From the IMG/VR virus record IMGVR_UViG_3300046460_000097: a DNA stretch of 64,000 bases. The stretch is one strand, 5' to 3'. The position numbers were made by a program, and so were the translations under genes. Under the pieces are notes generated by a model that worked only from the letters and a program-made list of their open reading frames with translations, ran no database searches and was not told where the DNA came from. Each line of letters opens with the position of its first letter. The stretch's first letter is position 1. This document shows positions 45,548 to 56,600 of the stretch, piece after piece. This DNA is from a virus. Its lineage: Duplodnaviria > Caudoviricetes.

Positions 45548-46120
45548 TTACACGGCTTTACCATCGATATCGACGATCTGGATACCTTGTGTCAATTCGT
45601 CAGGTTTGATAGGTGCAATGTTGTCGTTATCGCCCAGCAGAGACTTGCTAGGGTCGAGCAGGAACGTACCGATCTCGAACACAGGCACGGCGATGGCACC
45701 AGAGGAGATACTCTTCATGGCTTCCAGCATCTGGTTGAAAGCAACGACGTTGTGTTCGCCTTCTTTCTTCTTGGCCTTTTCTTTACGGTTATCGCGGACA
45801 ACCTTTTCCATGTGGCCGAGCAGAGACGTTACACCTTCCAGCAACGAAGCACTACCCGGTTTAGCCAGATACTGTTGCATGGCGTATTTCAACAGCAAGG
45901 CACGGTTGGCCTGAATAGCGTCAACCAATTTATTTTGGTCTTCGTCTTCCAGATCCATCTGGAGTGACTTTTGTAATAGCAACAACACGCTTTCTACTTC
46001 AGCGTCTTCGATGCGATGTTTCGCGTCAACCATTGGAGTGTCGGCAAAAGGACTTGGCTCTTTGATCGGTAGCGGGGTTACATTGATCGGGGTGTCAGCT
46101 GTATTAATTGGGGTGTCCAT
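45548..46120 (-). CDS. Hypothetical helical protein
   Basis: 190-aa ORF convergent with 44751-45488. Confidence 0.7.
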   Translation of the reverse strand: MDTPINTADTPINVTPLPIKEPSPFADTPMVDAKHRIEDAEVESVLLLLQKSLQMDLEDEDQNKLVDAIQANRALLLKYAMQQYLAKPGSASLLEGVTSLLGHMEKVVRDNRKEKAKKKEGEHNVVAFNQMLEAMKSISSGAIAVPVFEIGTFLLDPSKSLLGDNDNIAPIKPDELTQGIQIVDIDGKAV

Positions 46121-46131
46121 GATTTTTCAAA

Positions 46132-46153
46132 CCTATATTACTAGTGGGACATA
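46132..46153 (+). promoter_or_regulatory. Putative early promoter (CTATATTAC)
   Basis: CCTATATTACTAGTGGG upstream of 46169. Confidence 0.55.
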
Positions 46154-46168
46154 TGTTGGGGATATTAA

Positions 46169-46807
46169 ATGGAGCTGACTAAACAGTCTGTGCTCAAGCT
46201 TTTGAGTCGAGTTCCTTTTGTTGGGAACTGGGCACAGCTTGAACACTGTAAATGGTTGCTTACGCAATTCGATCAAGTAGAGCGAGGATTCAACTCTCCT
46301 TCGATCAGATTTGCCGATGCATTAAAGCTTCTATACGATAATCTGCTGGAGACCTCTCAGCTGCATTTTGAGGAGGACTTCAAGTGGTTTAATACCATTG
46401 AGCTAAACACCTTTACAAAAACGTCTGGTGAGGCTCACAGGTTGTTAGAGGCGTTGCACAAAGGAAGAACGGTAGACGTCGAAGACTTTTATCGTAGTCA
46501 TGAAGTCAGGAAGAGTGTGGGCTTCATGCAATGGTACAGTAGTAGTTACACGTTGGATCTTTTCTTCGCTAATGGGGTTAGCACGATTGGGATGTATTGC
46601 GAGACGAATGCCGAACAGGTATCCGTTGAACAAGCGCTCGTCGCTAAGAAGAGACCGTGGAATCCACCGCTTGACGCATTCCTTGCGAGCAGATATTTCA
46701 AAATGATGGTGGAAGATCTGATCACCGTTGCTCGCATTGTAGTGCATTCACAAATAAGGGTGCTAAATGGAGAAGTCCAGAAAGCCACTAAAGGGAAGTC
46801 AGCTTAA
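46169..46807 (+). CDS. Hypothetical protein
   Basis: Downstream of the promoter motif. Confidence 0.65.
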   Translation: MELTKQSVLKLLSRVPFVGNWAQLEHCKWLLTQFDQVERGFNSPSIRFADALKLLYDNLLETSQLHFEEDFKWFNTIELNTFTKTSGEAHRLLEALHKGRTVDVEDFYRSHEVRKSVGFMQWYSSSYTLDLFFANGVSTIGMYCETNAEQVSVEQALVAKKRPWNPPLDAFLASRYFKMMVEDLITVARIVVHSQIRVLNGEVQKATKGKSA

Positions 46808-47210
46808 CAGTATTTCGCAGAAGTATGTGGAAGATGACCAACTACAGGACATTCCTGCACGCTTGTTTCGAAAGCTGTTAAAGAAGATGGACATGAATCC
46901 TCGCAAGTGGGTCAACTACCTGCGGGACTATCTTGACTGGGTGATTACAACGAAGGACCCTGACAAGGCGAAGGCGGATCGCATCACACGTACTGGTAAC
47001 ATCAAGGACACTTACTTCCAGAAGCCCACGTTGACGTTTAACAAGCTGTTGGAAGGGGTGTCAATTTTACGTATGGAGTCGTGTGAGATCACAATCACCG
47101 TCAGGGACACTGAGGGCAACGAATATGTGGTGTCCGAAGTAACGCGTATCGTTGGTAAAGATCGTAAAGACCAGCCGGTTTATAAAGACGATCAGCCACC
47201 CGATCAGTAA
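46767..47210 (+). CDS. Hypothetical basic protein
   Basis: Overlaps the previous gene by 41 nt; typical codon use. Confidence 0.7.
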   Translation: MEKSRKPLKGSQLNSISQKYVEDDQLQDIPARLFRKLLKKMDMNPRKWVNYLRDYLDWVITTKDPDKAKADRITRTGNIKDTYFQKPTLTFNKLLEGVSILRMESCEITITVRDTEGNEYVVSEVTRIVGKDRKDQPVYKDDQPPDQ

Positions 47211-47282
47211 CGGGGTTATAGGGCAGGGGGTTATTCCCCTGCCTAAACTCTCTTTATTTTTTTGTTTAAAGAGGAACTTCCC

Positions 47283-48386
47283 ATGGATCTATTTCAGGGA
47301 CTGAGTTTAGACAAGTCGGTCAGCTCGTTCCAAAACAGTACCAACTCTGCCATGAAGGGGGTCAAGGAAAACAACCTGACGCCGGCAGACGTTACCACTA
47401 CCAACATGAAGCAAGGGACTGCACTCAAGACCGCTCGTGATACGGGCGTGACGGGTACTATCACTGGCTATCGTTCTGCCGTGGTAGAGCAACTCGACGG
47501 TATCATTGGTGCTCTGTCTGGTGGCTTCCTGAACACCAAGGCGATTACCAAGAGTATCAAGGTAGGACGTGACGGGGTAACCTTCAGCGATGATGCTCTG
47601 TTTAAGGCTGTAGGCGGTGCTGCGGGTGTTAACGTTAGCAGCCAAGGCGGTGCCATGCGTAAGCTGCAACAAGAGCTGGCACAAGAGTTCAAGGCTATCA
47701 CAGGCCTGAACATGGGTAGTCTCATTACCAACGATGGTAAGAAGTTCCGCGTCAGTCCTAACTGGCGTAGTTCCATTGGCCAACAAACCATTCGTATGTT
47801 TGGTAAAGCGGCTGGTGTGGACGACCTGTTGGACGTGAGCGCTAAGGGCGCCTTCTACAACGCGGTATTCAAAAGTTCCGTTTACATGGGGATGACTGAC
47901 AGTTATCCGAAGATGTGGAACTCTTATCCGAAAGGGTTTGAGTTGATTCGTCGGGATGCTGCGCTGGAGGCCATGCGTACGGTTATCACGAATGGTGATA
48001 TCGAGAGTTTCGATGCCATGCTCAAGTTGTTCGATACCAACACCAAGACGGTATTGTTGAGCAAGTATCCGACCTTCGTGACTATCCTGTTCAGTAACTT
48101 TCGTTTCGACCGGGACGTTATCCCAGAAGACTACGCGATCTTGCGTGGTAAGTTGCTGACCATTCTGGAAGACCTCATTGGTCCAGAGTGGTGGCTGAAG
48201 CAAACTTACTTCGGTAAGGTACTCGACCTTGGTTTGGTTAACAAGGCAAGTCCTGACATGATCAAGTTGCTGCAGCCGGTAGACGATTTGGCAGTGTTGC
48301 TGTGTACCGCCAATAAGTTCAGTGACGGCAGTGCGTTGGCACAGTTGAAACGTGACTTCCCAGGCGCACCGAAGTACGCGTTCTAA
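47283..48386 (+). CDS. Probable virion structural protein
   Basis: GAGGA RBS before ATG 47283; adjacent to tail genes. Confidence 0.65.
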   Translation: MDLFQGLSLDKSVSSFQNSTNSAMKGVKENNLTPADVTTTNMKQGTALKTARDTGVTGTITGYRSAVVEQLDGIIGALSGGFLNTKAITKSIKVGRDGVTFSDDALFKAVGGAAGVNVSSQGGAMRKLQQELAQEFKAITGLNMGSLITNDGKKFRVSPNWRSSIGQQTIRMFGKAAGVDDLLDVSAKGAFYNAVFKSSVYMGMTDSYPKMWNSYPKGFELIRRDAALEAMRTVITNGDIESFDAMLKLFDTNTKTVLLSKYPTFVTILFSNFRFDRDVIPEDYAILRGKLLTILEDLIGPEWWLKQTYFGKVLDLGLVNKASPDMIKLLQPVDDLAVLLCTANKFSDGSALAQLKRDFPGAPKYAF

Positions 48387-48394
48387 TAACAAGT

Positions 48395-48434
48395 TATAAC
48401 CCCTCCCACTCCTTTCGGGGTGGGAGGGGTTATA
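48395..48434. terminator. Bidirectional hairpin (TATAAC family)
   Basis: TATAACCCCTCCCACTCC-tttc-GGGGTGGGAGGGGTTATA. Confidence 0.75.
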
Positions 48435-48450
48435 GTTGCTTCTTGCTTTT

Positions 48451-50628
48451 TTATCGGGAGATTGGTTTGGTGAAGATGTGGGCGAGGTCGCCGATGATAC
48501 TGTCCGATACCTTGGAGGCGATGTTGTCAGCACGGATACTTTGTTTCATATCCAATGCCAAGCCAGTCAGGTTACGGTTCAACCTGGCATACTTCATCAC
48601 GGTGTCGAGGTAGTTAATACCAGTGATACGTGAGAGGTAGTTGTTGTAGGCGGTGTCGTCGTTGAAGATACGGTTGGCCACCTGAGACGGACTGGTCAGA
48701 TCGAGCAGGCTCATGGAACGGTCGATAGGCACCGATACCAGCGGCTCCAAGTCAACGATGGTGAAATCGATCTTCAGGTTCAATGGCTTACGGTCAATCG
48801 TCCAGCCGGCATCACCCTGACCAAAGGTAAAGGTGCAACTTTCGATCATGCCGGTACGGATAACGGAACGACCTTGGCAGAAGGCTTTAACCATGAACGG
48901 CGAGGTGTAGGAAGAACCACCCGCACTGAACGCGGCTACCAACGGCAGGAACAAAGCGAACGGAACCCAGATCTTCATGATCTGTTCATACGGGTGAGCG
49001 TAGTTACAAGTCGAGAAGATGGAGTAGCTTTCTTTGTGCAGGTTGGAAGTCGAACCGTCCCAGTGATCAGGAATCTTCACGTAGGAGTTGTTCGCCATTG
49101 CCAACGGGATGTTCCCGATAACAGTACCCGACAGAGCACCGATACCTGCGTCCTTGATGACGTTAACCACACCGTCAATAATACCAATACCCGTAGCACC
49201 ACCAGCGATGTCGAACTTGAAGTCGTTCGCCGCTTTAACGATGGAGTTGAACTTCTCGGCCATGGGCGAAGGGGTATGGGAGTTGGAGAAGCTATCCGTT
49301 GTAGGACCTTGTGCCCCATCTACACGCCAAGTCACTGCGTCTAAGCCGCCAGCAAAGGCGGTCTGTACCAAGTCCAGTACGTCACCAGCCCAAGTACGGT
49401 CGTTAGGGTTGTCGTCGTAGTTGATCTTCTCGCCGTTGGCGAATGCGTTCTCTCTTCCGTTAGCCGACGCAGGTTGGGCGCGCTGTCCCGCTTCATTTGG
49501 ATTGAGAGAAGGAGTTCCGCCAGTATTGGCTTCACTCATGGTCTGCATCCCAGTTACCTGAGGACCGGCACCCCCAGTACTAGCGCCACCTTTTTCGAAA
49601 GAAGCCAGACCGGCGCCTTCAGTAGAGACGTTGGCGTATGCGTCTTCGTTGATGTAGGCGCTGTCTTGCTCGACGTGACTACCTTCCGTTTCACTACGGT
49701 ACTTACTGACCGAGTTCATCTCAGCTTCGATGAAGTCTTGTGTTGGGTTACCTGCATACACGGTGTCATCGAAAGTGATCTCTTCCATCACCTGTTGCGC
49801 ACGGGTGAGTTTCTCGGCAGGTGTGTTCAACACCTCGTTATCGAGCTTCGCCAACTTCTGCAACATGACCCGGTGCTTACGAACACCCTTCATGATCAGT
49901 CGCATCAAGTCGATCGTACCGTCGGCGTTAATAACGTCGGGGAACAACAGACTCAGGTCAGAGACCGCCTTGGTGTTGTTGTAAGCGTCGTTGTCAGGCT
50001 TGAACCCGTACATCGGGTCCGTTTGTTCTTGGTTGCGCTTAGGCAACACAGGATCGATGTAGCCCAACTTAACCATGAGATCGTTGAGCACACCAGTCGC
50101 CGCCATGGTGTACGCACCCATCGCAGGCTTAACAGTGTAGAAGTTGTTCTTAGGCGAGTCCGTCAAGAATGCCAAGAACTGGATACTCACACTCACCAAC
50201 TGCATAGGCCAGAAAGCGATAGCGCCAGCCGCTTGACCCATGTAGTAAGCCAGACCTGGAGCACGACCTTTGTTCGCAATGATCGCCGCAGTAGGACTGA
50301 ACATGTTGGTAATGAAACTCAACAGGCCAGCAAACTGCGCAACACCCGGGGTAAGTGTCAACAGAGTAACGTTGTTCTCGTAGACCTCTTTGTACATGCT
50401 ACCCATGCCGCCATCACGCGATTCCATGAAACGACTGTAACGCGGATCGGTAGCGGGACTGGACTGGGGAATAGGGTTGATGTAACGGTTGTCGCCTGTC
50501 GCGCTGCTGAACACGTTGAAGTAGCGATCCCAGTCCAACTGTTGCAGAAGGTCACTGGGAGGAACACCACGAGTTAGCAGACGGAACGATTTGGTAATAA
50601 TGTCTTTATCACGTGCACTGACTGCCAT
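48451..50628 (-). CDS. Virion structural protein (baseplate/tail; phiKZ gp182-like by position)
   Basis: 725 aa, directly downstream of the tail lysin gene. Confidence 0.65.
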   Translation of the reverse strand: MAVSARDKDIITKSFRLLTRGVPPSDLLQQLDWDRYFNVFSSATGDNRYINPIPQSSPATDPRYSRFMESRDGGMGSMYKEVYENNVTLLTLTPGVAQFAGLLSFITNMFSPTAAIIANKGRAPGLAYYMGQAAGAIAFWPMQLVSVSIQFLAFLTDSPKNNFYTVKPAMGAYTMAATGVLNDLMVKLGYIDPVLPKRNQEQTDPMYGFKPDNDAYNNTKAVSDLSLLFPDVINADGTIDLMRLIMKGVRKHRVMLQKLAKLDNEVLNTPAEKLTRAQQVMEEITFDDTVYAGNPTQDFIEAEMNSVSKYRSETEGSHVEQDSAYINEDAYANVSTEGAGLASFEKGGASTGGAGPQVTGMQTMSEANTGGTPSLNPNEAGQRAQPASANGRENAFANGEKINYDDNPNDRTWAGDVLDLVQTAFAGGLDAVTWRVDGAQGPTTDSFSNSHTPSPMAEKFNSIVKAANDFKFDIAGGATGIGIIDGVVNVIKDAGIGALSGTVIGNIPLAMANNSYVKIPDHWDGSTSNLHKESYSIFSTCNYAHPYEQIMKIWVPFALFLPLVAAFSAGGSSYTSPFMVKAFCQGRSVIRTGMIESCTFTFGQGDAGWTIDRKPLNLKIDFTIVDLEPLVSVPIDRSMSLLDLTSPSQVANRIFNDDTAYNNYLSRITGINYLDTVMKYARLNRNLTGLALDMKQSIRADNIASKVSDSIIGDLAHIFTKPISR

Positions 50629-50661
50629 TTAAAAAATCTCGCATTGGGTAAAGAAAAGAAA

Positions 50662-50685
50662 AGGTCGGGAGTTTCCCCCCGACCT
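50662..50685 (-). terminator. Terminator after the tail lysin gene
   Basis: AGGTCGGG...CCCGACCT, with a T-rich tail on the minus strand. Confidence 0.65.
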
Positions 50686-50689
50686 GAGT

Positions 50690-53600
50690 TTACACAGTCA
50701 CAGATGGACCAGTTGGCTTACCGTTGCTGTTGATCTGGAGCAGTTGCTCGTGGATCGCTTTCAGCAAGGCGTTCTGTTGTTCACCGAGCGGTTGCATTAC
50801 TGCCGCAACTGCTTCACCCACTGGCTGCTGTTCCACTACAGGGGATTCCTTATAGCTCGGACCAGGCAGAGGCAGAGGTGTTTGATTAGGCTGAGTAACC
50901 TGATCGTAGGTTTTAGGCGCACCAGGCGACTTACCGTATCCTTCTGGCATCGGTTGTTGCTGAGGCGCTCTAGGAGCACCACCGTTAGGCAGAGGAAGAC
51001 CAGTGTAGCCATCAATCGATGCAACAGCGTTACCATTCACCAGCGGTTGCTTGGCATTCTCAGCAGCAGCCTTAATCATTTCTGGCGTAGCTACTGTCGA
51101 GGTGTCAGGTGGAGCAGAAGGCATGCCACTTGGAGCGGCTTCTGCCTGAGGTTCTGCACCTGTGCCACCTGGTAGTGTGTCTTGCCCGTTCTCTTGGTTT
51201 GCACCCGCCGCTGCAGCATACTTATCCGCTGCCTCTTTGGACTTAAACCCAACGTGCACGTGACCACCAGTAGCACCCGCTGAAGCTTTACGGTATTCGT
51301 TGATGATCAAGAAGTCAGCAGGCACCATACCGGCAGAACGAAGGATCTCGTTTACCACACCTACCGCTTGGTCACTTCCGTTAATACCGTTGGTCAGTGT
51401 GAAGTCCAACGCCAAGCCTACAGCATGCTTAGAGTTAGGCTTCTTGTTACGGTGATAAGCGTCGTTCAAAGCAGTGAACTGCTTGAAGTTCTGCACACGC
51501 GATTGAATGATGCTCGCCAAACGAGTGATAGCCGGATGAGACGGACCACCAGCAATGGTTTCAGACGACTTAAGCCGTAGACCGCCGTTGTTAATCCCTA
51601 CACCACCACCTACCAGTGAAGTACCTTCACCACCACCGCCACCATAACTACCGCCATCTGGATTACCACCCGGAGCGATCATGCTTGGGGGAGTTCCGTA
51701 AGCACTGCTGTTACGCAGGCCACCGCCAGGGGCTGCACCCATAGAAGGTGTGTTACCACCGATCATAGGGGCCGAACCACCACCCGCACTGCTACCGCCA
51801 CCACTTGGAGCCCCGCCACCGTACATCGATCCAGCTGTCTGAGAAGCCGACGCGTTGGTACCCGCCGCACTTTCTTCATCCGCCTTCAACGAACCACTCT
51901 GAAGTTGCTTCAGGTAGTCGGTGTAGAGCGCAAAGCGTTTAGGCATGCCAGGCAGTTGGTTACCACCGTTCAAGCCTGTAGCCGCAGTACCGAAGTCACC
52001 GGACTGTGTAATGCTTTGCAACAGCTTACTGTTCTTGTAGAAGTTGACAGCAATAGCCGCCATTACGTTTGGATCGTTGGAAGCAAGCTCTGGTTTGTTC
52101 TCCAGATCAATGCCCAGCTGCTGACCGATCTTCGCATACTTCTCGCGACCTGTCAGTTGAACGAATCCTCGACCACGATACTTCCAGCCATCGCCGGGAG
52201 CTTTGTTACCGAGAGACTGCCCTTTACCACCGCCATAGACCGTGTTCGCAATAGCCACTTCGCCAGCCTGAATCAACTGACGAGCCTGATCAATGTTGGT
52301 GACTTCCTTAAAGGTCTTCACCAAGTTCTCAGGGCTAGTGTACTTCATGTTTTCAACAGTTTTGCTGTAACCACCTGTTTCGTAGTTGGTCAGCGCCAGC
52401 ATCTCAGCGATTGCACGAGGGTCAGTGAAGCCTTGTTTCAACATCTCGCGAATGATCAACTGTTCTGCTAGATTCTTCGGAACCTTCACGCCGTGGTCAT
52501 CACCACCGTCAGCAGGGCGAACCCCGCTCAAGTCCAAGTGACTAGTATCGCTACTGCCAGTCAGAGGTTTGTACCCGTACTTGTTCTCAGGCGTCTGATA
52601 AGCACCCAGTTGGTTATAGGTGTTACCAGTACCCGCACCACGAGTAGTGTTGGTCCCGTACATGCCGCCCAGCGCCACATCACGAGTGCTCTTCGCCTGA
52701 TCTGCAGTTTGGGTGTTAGCCTGCTTCTCAGTGAAACCACCGCCCGTCTTGTGAGGGGAGATCGTGTTAGCCCACGCTTGTGTACTGGTTTTACCCGCTT
52801 CGCCTTCAGGGTCTTTCATCTTCGCAGTAACGGAAGCTTCACCCAGCAGATTCAACATCCGTTCGACCTTAGCCGACTTGTCTGGGGAAGTACCGTCTTT
52901 AAACGGAGACGCACGCACGTTCCAGATAGAGGTAGAAGTGTTAGAGAACCACCCCGAGATCTCTACCTGAGTTTCGATCAACTTACGAGCGATTTCATAA
53001 CGAGCGGTTACCGACAGGGTCTTCCAAACTGCGCCCGGCAAACCTTTACGGTAGGCTTGCATTGCACTGATGTAACTAGACATGACAGGAATGAAACGAT
53101 CACGGAACCAGAGGCACCAGTCGTCTGCATCACCCTTGTCCAGTCGGAAGGACTCTTTGAACAAACCAAAGATGTCACCCACCAAACCCTTGAACTCGAT
53201 CTTGTCACCAGAGATGACGAACAGGGATTCGCAATAACGCTCAAGCTTCAGCACCGCCTCAACACGCCAGAGCAGATCTTGGTCGTTACCGTAGCACGCC
53301 AACCGGATACCCGTCAGCAGGTCAACAGGACGATCATCAGGGAGCATGTCCTTAATGAACACTTGAGCAACCGCAGGAGCCACTTTGTAGGTGGTGTTCA
53401 GCTGTTGCAATTGTCCGTCGATAGCTGCCAAACGTTTCTTGGCTTCTAGACGTGCGCCACCCGGATCTTCCTCGTTAGCAAACGCTTTACGAGGATCGGC
53501 GAGTTGTGCTTCGAGCTTGGCCTTCTCTGCCTGCAATGCACCAGCACCCATGGCGGTGACTACAGTACCCTTATCCTCACCTTCAGTTTTGCGGTCAATG

Positions 53601-56600
53601 TAAACGCGCAATTCTTCCAGCAAGTTGTTGACTTTGATGACGGTGATCTTCTCGCCCATGATAGGCGTATCAATGTCGATCTTGGCAACGATAGAGTAAG
53701 GATAGGGCATTACCCCTGCCAACGTCTGGTGAGTCTGCTTGGCAACCTTCAGCACGTCCTGTGTCTTCGCGTCGTCGTAGTCCTTCAGGTTCTTGATCTT
53801 CACCACATCCAAACAGGCCATGTAGGTGAGGAACACCGGCTTGAAACGACCGTTGAACCATGAGTAGATGTCGCCCATTTGTTTCTTGTTACCGGGCTCC
53901 GTCACGAACATTTGAAGAACTTTATCCAGAGGAGCGCTCTTCGACAACGATGCACGAGCATTACCGATGACCACATGGTCAGTCAGCATTTCCTCGATTT
54001 GCAGGATCTTCTTGGCCAGATCAGAATCAGGATCACTGATACCGTATTGCGCCATCCGGATTTCGTACTGCTTACCCGAACCACGCGTAACGTAGCGATA
54101 GATCCCGTAGCCAGCCGCGGCGATACCCAGCGCAGCCAAGGTGTAAGGGTTGAACAACAGAGGAGCCAGCATACCGGCACCTGCGGTTAATCCACCCCAA
54201 GCCATCCCTGCACCAGTAACGGCAACAGCACCTAGATCGACACCCACCACACCCGCAACAGCAGCAGCTGTTTGATAGGCACCGTAAGCTGTAGCAGCAT
54301 CTCCAGCGAACCCTGCTACCTTATCGATAGCTCCGCCTTCATCGATGACACCCGAGCTTGCCAGCGCATCTGTGGCCATGCCTACGGCCATACCAGCACC
54401 GAGCCACTTACCGCCACGCATCACACGACCGCCAGGAGTCTTGCGCTCAGCCGAACGAGCAGCCTTCTCTTCCTTGGTACGCTTCTTCTTCCGCAGGGTA
54501 TCTGTAAAGTCACCCATGCCCTCACCCAGACTCCGTGTCTTCAGTAAGGTAAAGATCCCCTTGGCCACAGCTGTAATGCCTGTAGCGATCATTGGGAGCG
54601 TTCTGATACCGATGGTGCTGAACCGACCCAGACTTTTCCACCACGACTTGGCAAAGAACTTCGTGAGGAAGGAAGTGACACTGAAGAGACCACCGGTGAT
54701 AGCAGCGATACCGCTACCAATCAAACCAAAAAGACCCATGCCGGCTTTCTTCTTGGCTTCTTTACCCGGACCACCAGCACCCAATGCACCTGCGATGTTG
54801 ATGATGGACTCGTCACGCTTCGTAGCCAGTGCTTCCTTAGCCTGAAGTGCCAAGTCTGCAGCCGAGTTGAGACGGAGACCTTCATGGCCTTCACCTTTAC
54901 CCATACCTGCCGCGCGCTGGTCAGCGAGTTTGGAGAACTCACGGAAAGTACCCGGACCGTTCTTGAAGCCACGGTCTTCTTCCTCACGGCGAGCGATCTC
55001 CTCTGGCGGAACCTCGTTAGGAGGAGTTACCGGCATAGGTGGAACGACAGGCGCTACCACCGTAGGAGCAGAAGCTTCAGGAGGCGACGTAGGAAGGCCC
55101 TTAGGGCGGAACACCAACGGAGGTGTAGGCTTGGATGCAGCCACTGGTTTAGGTACCGGAGCCGAGGCTACAGTTGCTTCTACCGGTGGAGTCACAGCCG
55201 ACGGAGTAACAGGCGCTACAGGCGCAGTAGCTGCAGTCGATTCAACTGGAGGAGGTGGTGCCAGTTCCTCATGGGCATAACCCCAGTGCTTCAAGAGCAG
55301 GTGATAGATACGATCCACCGAGTTCACGATAGGAGAGTAGTCAGCCTTGAAAGCGCCAGCCACTTTGTCCTTAGCACCCGCCATGTGAGGAGCGGCCTTC
55401 GCCTTAACCTTCGCCATGAAGTCCATGCTGAGTTTGCCAAACCGACGAGAAGCTTCGCCCAGCTTGTTAACACTCACACCCATGGAAGTCTTCAGACCAC
55501 GATCATAGTCTTCCTGAGTAATCAGTACTTGACCATCTTTATCGTAAACAGGCCCGTCGATCTCGTTCCAACCGTTGATCTGTACCGCGTAGCCGTCTTC
55601 CCCACGCTTCCAGTATTCACCCAATGCAAACTTGGTGCCTGCCAGAATTGGAGACTCGTCCCCTTCCTTGTACACGTCCATCTGGTAGAAGCGGGTGACC
55701 AGCTTATTCTTCAGCGCAATAGCTCGACCGAATGGATCGATGAACTTAAACGCCTTGATAGCCAGATCTCGTACTTTACTCAGCCCATTGAGGAACACTT
55801 CCTTGTTCTCTTTGGTGAAGAGTTTAGCCGCTAAACGACGAGCGCCGATAAAGACTTTGGTAGCGTTATCCCACACACTGCCGCTGATCTCTTTCCAAGA
55901 GGTAATGATCGTGCTCTTGGTAGCGTCGTAGTAATCCTTACGCTGCAGCTTCCATGCCTCCAGAATCGGTTGGTCGGCACCTTCTTCATAAAGGTCTTCC
56001 GAGTCCTCTGCTGCACGGGCATTCGCCATACTGCGGATCTTGCCGTAAGCCAGAGCTGCCGCGGCACCACCACCGATCAGCGCTGCCGCTTTAGGGTTGT
56101 GGAACGCCATGGTAGCCAAGCCACCCAACAAGCCGCCCAAGATCAGAGGTTCGTGGTCCAGGAGTTTGTCGACCCCATTGTTGAACATGTCCTTAAAGTT
56201 GGTTTCACGCAGACGATCGATGATGCCACGTTTTGTAGCGTTAACTTCTTTCTCTTCCTGACTCGATTCCCGCTTGCCGGGTTGGTTGTTGAGCATGCGA
56301 GTCAGGATATCGTTGCGAGTACCTGCCAGCGTGATCAGTTCGGCCACACGCTCGTTGAGGTCGGACACACCTTTGCTCAGAGGAGCCATGTCCATCGCTT
56401 GGTTCATCGGGTGGTTTTGACCCAACCCAGCGATAGCAGCCTTCAGATCACCAATACTGCCTAGCGATTCTGTCAGCTTGTCCATCCCTTGCACTTTGAT
56501 GCCATCAGGACCGACCTGAGAGTCGTCAGACGCTCTTTTAGGATCCGTGATAGGGCTCAGGCTCGGGTTGTGGTTACCGCCGAATGCACGCGACCTCAGA

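Noticed and set aside
17694-48434. CRISPR array or tRNA interpretation of the repeated hairpins
   Set aside because: Copies are kilobases apart with no spacer periodicity; no cloverleaf, T-loop or CCA
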